Source: Rhodosorus marinus CCMP1338 (lineage: Eukaryota; Plantae; Rhodophyta). Taken from it: 64,000 nt of DNA. The stretch covers positions 3,038,001 to 3,102,000 of the forward strand of contig JAMWBK010000001.1 in NCBI GenBank assembly GCA_029953675.1, read 5' to 3'. Under the pieces are notes generated by a model. The model was not told the origin of the DNA, ran no database searches, and saw only the letters and a program-made list of their open reading frames with translations. Made by a program: the position numbers and the translations under genes. Shown one piece after another: positions 46,546-57,396 of the stretch (position 1 is its first letter; the number at the start of each line of letters is the position of its first letter).

Positions 46546-48262
46546 GCTGCGGTAGCTAGCTGCCTAATAAAGGCTACGGGGTTAAGTTAGTCTGGGGTTG
46601 TATTCTCCGAGTCTTGGAGAGAACGTACAAGAGTTTACTGGAGAGACAAAGTGAAAGAGTTTACTGGAGAGAACGTACAAATTAGTGCTAATGGCAGACA
46701 GAGAGACCTTACCTCCGAAAGGAGGGGGCGCTCCGATGGACGTAAGGATGGACCGTGCGCCTTCGGCTCATGGACCAGCACCTGACTCTGCCGGTGTTTC
46801 GGAACCGACTTTTGTGCCTACATCTGGAGCTGAGGCACTGCCCCTGCTCGGAGTTGACATGAGATGTGGACCACTACAGCTCCGCTTCGAGATTTCGTAA
46901 GCCCAGGCAGAGATCTGATCTACAACATACTGATGTTGAAATTCATGGAGGTCCTCAGTCAAGCACGTGCGATTCGTCTGGGCTGTCCCAGTTGCGATTG
47001 TCCCATGGTGGACTGCATCTCTCGCTGTTCCGCCCCAAACTGCTCTGTTGACTGATCTGTGGATTGACTTCCAAGTTGATAGGGTATCTTGTGGTTCTGT
47101 CCACCTTGCAAGTGACCTCTTTACGCACTGGAATCTGGTCTGGGGTAAGATGTCTGCGGCTGCTTGAGAGTGATGACGAATGTTGGACAACCCCCCCGGG
47201 TTGGGAGGGAATCGGGTTTTCGTTAATGTCGACTGGTTGTACACCAGGGCAGGCACGACGGCCGACCTGAAGGGGATTCAGGATCATCTGGAGCGGTTGG
47301 GCGGAAACCCCATGCTTTGCAACCTCTCAGGGTTGCCGCAAGGAGGTCACCTGCACCGTGAACAGAACCGCAAGATACCCTATCAACTTGGAAGTCAATC
47401 CACAGATCAGTCAACAAAGCATTTTGGGATAGGACCTCGAGAGATGCAGGGCACCATTGGCACCATGGGACAATCGCAACTGGGACAATCGCAACTGGGA
47501 CAACAGCAGCTGGGACAATCGCAACTGGGACAGCAGAGTCCGGGACAGCGTGCGGCTAGGGCAGCCGGGATGCGTCAGCGGGCATCCCTCCGACAACTGC
47601 ACGCAACGGTTGGAGGAAGTAGATGGGGCCCTGATACACACCGGGTGCTCGCGATTAGTCTGGAGGTCTACTTCGAGAACTACCAACTAAGACCGGATAT
47701 CATTGCCACTCATCCCAGGACGTTCCAAAGGTATGCGCTGGATGTGACGGTTACATCGCCACTGCAGGAGAAATACATGAATCGGAATGGGTCAGAGAAT
47801 GGATATGCAGCGAAACGAGCGGAGAGGTGGAAAATGGGTACATTACAACGAGGCGATGTCAGTGGAGAAGCCAGACGACAAGCTCATTCCCATTGCGATC
47901 GAGAGCTTTGGGCGTACAGGACAAATGGCCCAAGAAATTTCTACGAGATGGCTGCAAGCGTTCGTTGCACCGGAGCTTAGAACTGAGCGATGTTCGGGCT
48001 CAGATCAACGGCAAATTATGGCAGGGGAACGCGGAGATAGCGATAGGCGGTCTGCGAGTGGACCAGTTGGCGAATCCACTGGTCCATGTTTTTTCGTTTG
48101 AACGTAGCATGAGACCCCGGTAGCGGGGTCGGCGTAAGTTTTTCCCTAGATAGTAGTAGAACTAGTGATACGCTGCAGTAGGCAGCTGCCAGTAAAGTTT
48201 ACGGTTACGCTGCAGTAGGCAGCTGCCCAATAAAGCTTACGGTTACGTTAGCCTGGGGTTAC
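46546..48262 (+). mobile_element. Family C RLE non-LTR derivative lacking RT, flanked by ~54-bp direct repeats of its own 3' end
   Basis: Short 5' ORF start (MADRETLPP), internal inverted duplication, then RPDII..YALDVTVTSP..AAKRAERWK..LIPIAIESFG (PD-D-K); 46546-46599 matches 48209-48260 at about 80%. Confidence 0.75.
47466..47550 (+). repeat. 15-bp minisatellite, about 6 units (GQSQL repeats)
   Basis: TGGGACAATCGCAAC-type units at 47466, 47481, 47496, 47511, 47526, 47541. Confidence 0.92.
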
Positions 48263-49535
48263 CCCAGACTAAAGCAAGCTCTGCATTCCCAGACCAAACT
48301 GTCCCGTGTAGTTGAGCCCTCACGTTGCTCAACTCGTACTGCTTGGTGAGCATGTGGCCGCAACCTTCTCGTAGGAAATCCTGTGTCATCTGACCAGTCC
48401 TCCCGAAGGTTTCAATAGCAATCGGAATCAGTCTGTCATCTGGATGCTGTAGCCATCGCCTCCTTATAGTGCGCAAGTTTCCAGCGCTCTGCCTGTTTCG
48501 CTGCGTATCCATTATTGTCTTTGCTCTTGGGTAGGTGTCTCGCCTGTAGGGGTGACACCTACCGTCACATCGCAAATCTTTGCCATGTTCGAGGGTGGAC
48601 AGCCACCAGATCCGGTCTCAGATTCGAGTTTGTGAAGTAACCTGTAGGTTCTTTCTGAACGTCTCTGAAGTGCCATCTGTTAAGCCAGCGCGCCAGCTCA
48701 GTGCAGATCTCATCATGTCGCCGTTGACACAGCCCAGTCGAAGGCTGACAATGGTGGAATCTTTGTACGGCGTTTGTACGGTATGTACTATTGTACCTAG
48801 TACACTTCTCCGTCGCCCGCAATCCCGGAATCGGGAGCCCAAGCGACTGTCGTAGGCAAATCCCTGAACCAGACGCCTGAACCCGCTCCTGCTGCGGAGC
48901 GGTACGAGCTCTGTGTTCGGGGTCCACTAGGGGATCAGTGACCAGAGGGTTTGTTTTATTGAACCATGCTTCACCACGGGCTGGTCAGGATTTTGTGGGT
49001 TAAGAGCGGTCCCCGTCATGTACGCAACGCAGGCCAGTCTGCGACTTCGGGGGGAGGTCTCTGGGTTGAGGCGTCTCTGTATCGAAGAGCTCGCATGTAG
49101 GATTTGCTCGATGAGGGAGTCGGTAGAGCAGGGTAGATTGGTGGTTCTGGGGGTGGGGTGTGTAGCAGCCTCCACGGTTCTTTCTTGCAGGGTTTTGACG
49201 TACGGCCAGTAGCCTTGGTTCTCCTGGAAGGTGCGGATCCATGCCGTGTAGAAGGCAATGGGTTGAATACGTCTTCGAGTGCAGAATCCAGGGCCTCCCC
49301 ACCTGCAGGGGCGGGCGACCTGCTGCCATGAAGGCGGCGTTCAATGAGAGTCCGTAGTAGTAGCTGTATGTAGACAGCCTAGGAGTCTTTTCAGTTGTAT
49401 TCCTGTGATGGAGTCTGCTCACGTGCCAGACTTCTTCCGTAGTTGAAAGCCACTGTCCGCAGCGTATAGTCCAGCCTAGTTTCCGAACAGAATCGGAACA
49501 GGGCGAGTTTCGTATTGAGCTCCTCGGGAGGCAGT
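48243..49535 (-). mobile_element. Family C RLE non-LTR fragment (thumb to RLE), frameshifted
   Basis: ELNTKLALFRFCSETRLDY; RRHDEIC; LRPDLVAVHP..FAM/DVTV; LIPIAIETFG. Confidence 0.85.
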
Positions 49536-49589
49536 CGGCGGTCGCCTCCTGGGCTACCGCGCTTCGCACCTTGGTGAGTTTTCGGATGG

Positions 49590-50255
49590 ATCCTGGGGAT
49601 TCGGAACGGCCAGCTCAACGTATGTGGTGCGGCGGCTATCATCGCAGCTAACCACTAGGTCGGCCACTCGGTGCTCATCGTTTTGGGAGTCTGCGACAGG
49701 CAGGGGCTTCTCACGTTCAATTTCGAGACCGGCTTGCCGAACGATGGGCCGAACTTCCCTGTATAATAAGGTCAAGAACCGCGCATAGCGACGGTTTCGC
49801 GTACATTGCACCGCTGGGCAACTGGCGAGCAGGTGAGCGCCAAAATCTGCGGTGTCTTCAGTCAGGGAGCAGAGAGGGCACGGCGAACCCATCTCGTACG
49901 GCCAGTGGGGTTGACGTATCTCGAGGTATAAGCGCAAAGAAGTACGCACTTCGAAATCCGTGAATGTCCGGGGCGGAAAGGCTGGAACCGTCATGAGCCA
50001 CTGTGAGCTTATACACGCTCCAAGACTACGTAGGCGGCGCGGTTGAAGCTGGTCATATGCAGCACGGTGCAAGTCCCAAGAGGGGGTGTTTTGTAACGCA
50101 TTGGTCCGGGCGCGAGAAGTCGGTCATATGCAGCACGGTGCAAGTCCCAAGAGGCGGTGTCTTGTAACGCATTGGTGCGTGCGGTGGCACGGCTGCCAGA
50201 GCCCAGTCCATCAGGAGGAGGATCACGAGAGACCTCCGGTTCCTGCTCCACAACA
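49590..50255 (-). mobile_element. Family B fragment with CCHC knuckle and RLE start; contains a 71-bp tandem duplication (50051-50176)
   Basis: CPLC-x11-H-x4-C (CPLCSLTEDTADFGAHLLASC), RVADLVVS..TYVELAV; shares SSQWLMT.PAFPP with the 8.6-kb copy. Confidence 0.87.
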
Positions 50256-50446
50256 GGATATGCGTTTTGGAATGTTATGGCTAATCTACGAGGATTCAGT
50301 TACTTTTATCTGAAGCCGATGGGGTGGGCTCTATCGGCTTTCATTAAAGGTAACTCACTAGGATCCTCTAGCAAACGACAAAAACGGACGATCAGGGTAT
50401 AAAAACATAGAAAATATGCATTACAAAGAATAGTAAGAGAACGGCG

Positions 50447-50700
50447 CTAGCTCATCGCTTGGTTCCCCTGATCATTGAGTGCTTGGGCTTTTCGGACTCT
50501 GTTGGCTCTCGCTGGCTCTTCGGGAGTTGTTCCGCGAACGCCCTGACCGTCTCCAATCGCTGTTTTACCCGCTTAAGTTCCCGCGTGGCGCATGAATGCT
50601 GGATTGATGCTGGACCCGCGCGATCTTCGCCTCGCGCTTAGTCTTTGTTTCCCCCCTCGGGGTTGCTTCTTTCAGCCTCCGATTGAACCATTCATTCAAC
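50447..50700 (+). mobile_element. Family B 3' terminus
   Basis: AHRLVPLIIECLG; GCGCGATCTTCGCC..TAGTCTT; ends GATTGAACCATTCATTC. Confidence 0.85.
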
Positions 50701-51878
50701 GGCTTCCGATGGATTGTAACTCAGTAGGATTTAAAAAAAAAGCATTATTTCGTGTATTTCGGATGGACGGCCGGATAAGCTGGAAGTGCCGATGCTCTGT
50801 TTCTTACAATAGGGTTTTATTAGCATAGCGCTACGCAAACCGTGAAAAGCAACTAAGAACTAGGTAGGGAAGCGTGCAAACCCAGGCGCCGATGGCGCGC
50901 CTCGCCAAGCATGCTCCTCAAATATCGCCTCAGGGAGGCACTTAAACGCCGCAAAAGTGCCAAGTATTCAATAGGATGCTCAGTAAAACATTTCCGCAAC
51001 CACTCCAAACCCGCCTTCTCCACGTGACCACAGCTTTCCACAATGAAAGGCTGGAACCGGTGGGAGCGACCCTCAGCGCGAGGCAGACTGGCCATACTCT
51101 CAGCATACCGTCGTTCCTTCACGCGGCGAAGGGCCGAAGCAGCTGCTTCCCGGCGGCGGGCGGCAGCCGTGAGATGGGCGCTTGCCACAGGGCATGTAAT
51201 CGCGAGGTCAACATATGCTGAGCGTCTGGCGGCAGCATCGGAGACGAGGAGATCTGCGATAGAGCGGGGCGGTGCCCTATCCGAGACCGATCTGGGTACT
51301 TCCGATTCCACCTCAACCCGTTGCCCTACCCGAGTCAAACATTCGCTGAGAATGTACTTGAAGCGAGTGTAACGCCTCGAACGAAGACCTCTCAACAGTC
51401 CGCATGAACCTAAGAAGTGGTAGCCACAAGCATCGATCCGACTCTCACATCCCTGACAGAAAGACGGCCGATTAGAGTGCCACGGAGCTTGTGGCAAACC
51501 CAGATAGATCCGTGCAGCAGAGCAGAACTGAAAGGCATCGAGACGATGACCCAGTGAAGAAGGCAGCGTGGTTAACCACAAGTGCGACAGGTTGCCTCCC
51601 ATGCCGCGGAGGCGCGGCGGTGGTAGGCGGTGTGAAGGGGCAGTTGAGCAAGATTGCCTGAGCGGCACTGTGTTGGCCCAAGGTGAGGCTATGTTGAATC
51701 ACATCAGCGCGAGCTCCACAATCGGCTCAGACCCTGGTAATCCGCAACCGGTGACCCGGGGCTAGCTTCCCCCTCGTCGGCGAGTACTCTGTCGATGGGA
51801 GAGTCCTCGATCGCCTCAGTTCGTCCCCATAACAGCTGCGAAATCTGGATCGGCTCTCGTCCGGCACGGCGTTGCACT

Positions 51879-52312
51879 GGCTTTATTGGCATAGCCTACA
51901 GCGCTACGCAAACCGTGAAAAGGAACTAAGAACTAGGCAGGGAAGCGTGCAAACCCAGGCGTGGCGCGCCTCGCCATGCATGCTGCTCGAATATCGCCAC
52001 AGAGAGAGACTTAAACGCCGCAAAAGTTCCAAGTATTCAACAGGATGCTCAGTAAAATATTTACGCAACCACTCCAAACCCGCCTTCTCCACGTGACCAA
52101 AGCTTTCCAAAATGAAAGGCTGGAACCGGTGGGAGCGACCCTCAGCGCGAGGCAGGCTGGCCATACCCTCAGCATACCGTCGTTCCTTCACGCGGCGAAG
52201 GGCCGAAGCAGCTGCTCCCCGGCGGCAGGCGGCAGCCGTGAGATGGGCGCTTGCCACAGGGCATGTAATCGCGAGGTCAACATATGCTGAGCGTCTGGCG
52301 GCAGTATCGGAG
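51879..52312 (-). mobile_element. 5'-truncated family A copy (434 bp) nested in the full-length family A element
   Basis: Host sequence ...CAGTAAGT|GCAACGCC (compare the uninterrupted copy at 58750-58765) is split, with AGT repeated on both sides. Confidence 0.85.
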
Positions 52313-52766
52313 ACTTACTGAACGCCTGTTGCAGGGCATCCTAGATACTCAAAAATCGGGGCCTTAAGGGTCACGGGGTCTTTCCTAGTCAGTGCTCTAG
52401 CCAAAAGGCAGGCACTTCGCATCCGAAAACTCACCAAGGTGCGAAGCGCGGTAGCCGAGGATGCGACCGCCGCAGCCGAGCATACGATTCCATTGTCGGC
52501 CACTCCAAATCCGCCTAATCGTAAAGGTAGGGCAATCTGGCCACGAATTAGGTCCCTGTCAGGAGCCGCTTCCACATCCAGGGGTTCATCCAAGAGCGTT
52601 TCCAAGTGCTTCAGCGTCGCCTCGTCCGCCTTGGCTACCATCCACGAGCCCCAGTGCGGTGGAAGGCTTCGCAGCCAGTAATTCAGTCAGGGACCGGCAC
52701 AAAAGCGGGAGAGCGGGCAAGCCGATTGGAGCATGCTGTCCGGTAGGCGCTCAATGGCGTCGGTGA

Positions 52767-52946
52767 GCTGCTTATGGCGTGCTAAAACTCGTTCGCAAGA
52801 GTCTTGGAAAAAGTTGTCCCTCCCCAAACCGACGCCATGGTGCTCGAGCCCCGCACGCTGCTTATGGCGCGCTAAAACTCGTTCGCAGGAGTCTTGCACG
52901 AAATTGTCACTCCCCAAACCGACGTCATGGTGCTCGAGCTCCTCAC
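52767..52946 (-). repeat. In-frame 90-bp (30-aa) tandem duplication inside the family A ORF
   Basis: LEHH(D/G)VGLG.DNF.QDSCERVLARHKQ occurs twice; single copy at ~58230-58310. Confidence 0.9.
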
Positions 52947-55900
52947 GTTCACCAAAGACTCGGAGACTTGGTGGCAGGGAGCCCCTCGAAACTTCAGGCG
53001 GGGAGAGAAAACGGCATTTTTCGGGTTCCACGGTTAGACCTACTCAACGTGCGATTGCTTCGATCTGGGTCCAAAAAAAAAAAACCGAGCCAAGTGCTCA
53101 GGGGTGCCCAGCAACGTCACGTCGTCATGGTAGGCACAGATGCGAAGCTCCCGCACCTCAGCCGCCAGTCGCTGGAGCACGAGCTGCAAGGCACAGGCGT
53201 GAAGTACAGGCCCACAACGATCACCCTGTTGAACGCCAGTACGTGCTGCAAAAGCAGAGCCCTGCGTTGTCAAGTAAGGGAGGCTCCCCCCTCCGTAAAT
53301 ACCGAATAGGAACAGCCACGCCTCCGGGAATACCCTTCGAATCACCTCCAAAGCATGCGTCCGCGAGAAGCTGCTGAACGCGTTACGGAATTCAACCACC
53401 AAAACGCCCCAATCGGGCCTACTGGCTCGCTCGAGCTCGATCGCATGAGTGATCAGTTCGCAACCCCCCGGAAAATCCCACTCCTACCTGCCAAGGCGCC
53501 ATAAAAACGGTGACTCGCTGGCGTAGGCGCTGGCATAGCCACCTCCCGGCGAGCTTCCGTAGGCTCTCGACCATGCCGATCGGCCGGAGACGCGAGTGTG
53601 CCCGCTCGTGGTCGGGTTTCGTTAGCAAGCAAAGCTGTGCCCATCTCAGATGGTCCCAAGGGGGAGACGCACGCCCTGCGCCCTGGAACAGCGTATTCAG
53701 GATCTTCACCAGTGCGTTCTGGCCAGGCTTGCTCAAGGCCTGCAGTAATTCCGTTTGTAGCCCAGAGGGTCCACGGCAGCGTCCACGCCGGGAGGTCCGG
53801 AGCAAATCCTCCAGATCAAGGAGCGTCAGGTCGATGCGGAACCTGGCCAACTCTGGACGGTCTAAAAATGCCCGAATTCGGGGAGCCAGTCCACGTCGGA
53901 GGAGGGGAACAACCCTGACACAGTCTGGTCGAGGCTCTCGCCGTAGGGGAGTACAGGCACCTGACCCTCCAAGACCCGTGCCGCTCGACTCGGGTCGCCA
54001 ACCGCCACCAATTTCTGCACTCGAGTCGTCCTAGGCGAGGCTGTCCCAGCACGAGTCCTCCGGCCGGAATCCTCGGATGACGCCAAGTAGCTCTGCTGCG
54101 ACACCTCAAATTCCCCCTTCAGGAACATGGCGAGTCGTTCTCGGACGCGCCATCTGCGCTCCGATGTGTGAGTGGGTGACAGAATCAGGCGCGGCATGAT
54201 CCCCAAAAATTCCCACATGACGGTGTCGCGAAGGTTACGCGCCAGGCTCGTGAAGATGAAGTCCAGGATGGTCCCCTCCACTAAGAGCTCTCCGCGAGGT
54301 AGAACGACAGGCGGAATCCTGCCACTGAAGGGAAGCGAACCGCCTCCCAAAGAAATCCATCGCCGGAGCCAACTCCGCAGGCGCGTACGACAGATGCCCC
54401 AGTCTCCGCCCTCCTTCAGGACATAAGACTGCAGGTCCATGGGCTGCGACCTCGCAGCCGTGCCCGGGGAGCTAATCGTGCTTCTCCCCCTTAGACCCGG
54501 GGGAGTCGGTCCTCGCGCGCTTGCCTCCTATCCTCACCAAACTGGTCAACCGGCCACTCCGCGAGGCTCGCGGGATGGCTCCCCCGGGATTCAACAAAGT
54601 AATAGGGGCGTTCTCGACCGACATGCCCTCCGGCTCCCCTTCCTCGCCACTCGCACTGGAAGTGGTGCTTGGAGCGAGGCCCTCGAATACTCCCAAACTC
54701 CGTAGCTCTGCCTTGTGGCTGGAGGTCAGCGCAAGGTTCCTCCCTGTCGAAAAAGGTAGAGGCGGCTGCGCGCATATGGCGTGAACCCGACGCGAAACGC
54801 TCCGAAAGTATCCGCTCCATGCGATCAATGCGAAGCCAATGGATGGCTGCAGCTTTCACGTTGGTCTCGTGCTCAGAGAGCCCTGCTGTTTCTCCGGGAG
54901 AGAGGAAAGTGCCCGAAAAACGGTCGAACCCGAAATGCAATACGACCTGGGGTAGAGAACGCAACCAGCGGGAGCTCTCAGGCCACTGCTCGTAGGCCTC
55001 TCCAGAAGAGCCTGCAGGTAAGTGGCCGCGGTTGCAGTGACCACAAAGAGGACATCGCGACCCTCATAATTTGCGAAGATGAAGTCTTCGCGGCTACAGA
55101 CCAAAGACTCCGCAAAAGTATCCCGAAAATCTCGCATGGACGGGACCTGGCCTTGTGTAGCCTGGGGCCGGACGTTGCGCACCCAGAGTATTTGCAAAGT
55201 AGTCGCCGCAGGTCCGCAGTGCTGCTCGCGAGAGGGCAAATAAGCATAGCATAGCCGCCGTCCGTGCGGCTGTGGTACCCTTCCGGAAAACTGAGACGTA
55301 AGACGGGCCCCCCTTGGGACCACCGCGTGCCCCCGCCTTGGCCTGGAGCTGTCGTCCACCTGAGTGCTGGCCCAGGACGGGAAAGTCCGCTCCCGCTGAG
55401 GGAACATTCGAAGGATTAGGCAGCTCTGCACCCCTCCGAAGAGGCCCCAGCCGCGGAACCACCTTTGTCACCTCCGGATCCTGGAGCTGCCCTCGCCTGT
55501 CCCGGAACAGGTTGTTGATTGACCTGGGGAAGTTGACTGTCTTCCGCCAACTTGGCCACCCGGCTGGAATTCCACCCGAATTTGACTTCTCCCTCGCCAG
55601 GAGACCCGATTCCACCCCCCGCTAGCTTCTGGGTGAGCTGAGGAATGACATGTCGATCCCCGCGGCCGTAATTAGGCTTGTTACAGCAGAGAGCAGGGCA
55701 CGCATTTGTGTACCAGAGGCGCCCTGTAACTCCACCCGTGTGGAGAAACGGCCCGCGCGAAGAGACACTCTGTGTCCACCCTCAGTAGACACCTCCGCCC
55801 GCGGGATCTCCGGACCCTCAGGAGTGGAGCGCGGGGGGACCCCAGCCATCGCGGAAGAGTGTGTTGAAGAAGAGTTTCACGAAGGAACCCGGCCAAAAAA

Positions 55901-56099
55901 TCCCACACAAACCAGCGCCTCAGACCGAAAACTCCGGATCGAACACACCCAAAGGAGGAGAATCCCCGATAACCAACCACGAAACCCGAAAAAGCGGGGG
56001 GGAAGACAGCAAGAGGATGCGCCTGCAACGAGGAACACTCTCGGACCCGAACACGACTCCAATCGCAACCAAAAACCAAGTCAAACCCCCCAGTCACTC

Positions 56100-56254
56100 G
56101 TTTTCTGTCATGGTCTTCTTAGGCTTTATTCTGGTTTCTTATCGTGGCGCATGAACGCTGCGTTACTATTGGAGGCGCGCGACCTTCGCGGGGCTTGGTC
56201 TTCTTTCCCATTGGGGGCTTTCTCTTTCAGTCTCCGACTAAACAATTCATTCAT
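56100..56254 (+). mobile_element. Family B 3' terminus
   Basis: FLSWRMNAALLLEARDLR; TTCAGTCTCCGACTAAACAATTCATTCAT. Confidence 0.85.
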
Positions 56255-56374
56255 ACTGGCGGCAGCAGATACGGATATAACGGGCCAGCCTTCTCGCTTG
56301 GCTGTAGCAAGAAGGAAAAAAAAACAGCCTGACCTAAAAAATATAAGGCGGGCATGTGGCTTGCTATAGCGAGC

Positions 56375-56645
56375 CGGGGTCGCTCCCACCGGTTCCCGCC
56401 TTTCATTGTGGAAAAGCTTTGGGCACATGGAGAAGTCGGGTTTGGAGTGGTTGCGGAAATGTTTTACTGAGCATCCTCATGAATACTTGGAACTTTTGCG
56501 GCGTTGAAATGCCTCTCTGTGGCGATATTCGAGCAGCATGCTTGCCGAAGCGCGCCATTGGCGCCTGGGTTGGCACGCTTCCCTACCTAGTTCTTAGTTC
56601 CTTTTCACGCCTTGCGTAGCGCTTCAGGCTAGGCTAATAAAGCAA
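56375..56645 (+). mobile_element. Family A 3' fragment
   Basis: GRSHRF.PFIVESFG nucleotide match to 59570-59830; ends GCGTAGCGCTTCAGGCT..CTAATAAAGC. Confidence 0.9.
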
Positions 56646-57396
56646 GTGTGTAAAGAGAAGAGGGGCAGTCCCTTTACGAACTTGGCTGGTGGGTTTTGGC
56701 GGCTGGTCTTGGTCATGAACGGATGTAGAGCGCTCCATTAAAAACCACAAAAAACACAACCAATATAATGCAATCCATACAATAAATAATAAAACAAAAG
56801 GAGGCCAAGACCCCTCTGCCGTTTTTACGGTGAAGTTTTCTGCATTTTGTGCTCGCTCAACATCGAACGGTTGGCTTTGTATTTCGACTTCGGCTTGCGG
56901 GGTCTCCAATTGGATGTAAGCGGTCGTCATGGTTGGAGAATCTGGAGAGGAAGGTTTTGGAGTCAAAACAGTCCCTTGCTGTTGTAGTACCCTGCCTAGA
57001 TTCGCGCTTTGATGGGATGAAAGTGGCAAGGGTGCCCTCTGCCAACTCCTGCATGGCCGGCTGACCTCCGTCCACAACGTGCCCAGGTGAACTTTCCGTG
57101 GCACTCGCCTTCGAGAGGGGTTGTATTCCAGGAGGATTATTATGCGTTTGTAGTATGCACATCCCACACAACTGGTTACCTGGTATCCCAACGAATTCTT
57201 TGTCACTTGCAGTTCCTCAACTTCTTACCGTTTATTCCAACTTGCCCTACCGAACCGAACTACCGAATGCAGCGCTAGCTATGAAACTTGCTGCGCGTTC
57301 TGCAGATTGCGACTACCGTCAACTACAGCAAGCGGGCGGCTGAGCGACCAGGTGAATACTCGAACTGTTCAGAGACATATACCTTCCAGGAGCAGT

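Larger units (their letters stand above)
50815..56095 (-). mobile_element. Family A: near full-length CRE-clade-like non-LTR retrotransposon (single ORF from 55849, now frameshifted)
   Basis: RT motifs GPSG..LTKP..LRPIGMVESLRKL..PWQVGVGFSGG..FRNAFSSFSR..GVQQGDRCGP..YHDD; thumb LPLRLGGFG; CQGC-x8-H-x4-C knuckle; RLE ADLLVS..YVDLAIT..KERRY..FIVESCG; 3' hairpin and AATAAA tail. Confidence 0.93.

Noticed and set aside
46546-48262. LTR, DIRS or Penelope classification based on the terminal direct repeats
   Set aside because: No TG..CA ends, PBS, integrase, tyrosine recombinase or GIY-YIG; encodes an RLE domain like the adjacent non-LTR copy
55650-56369. 239-aa plus-strand ORF
   Set aside because: Runs antisense through the family A 5' region into a family B 3' end; a composite artefact
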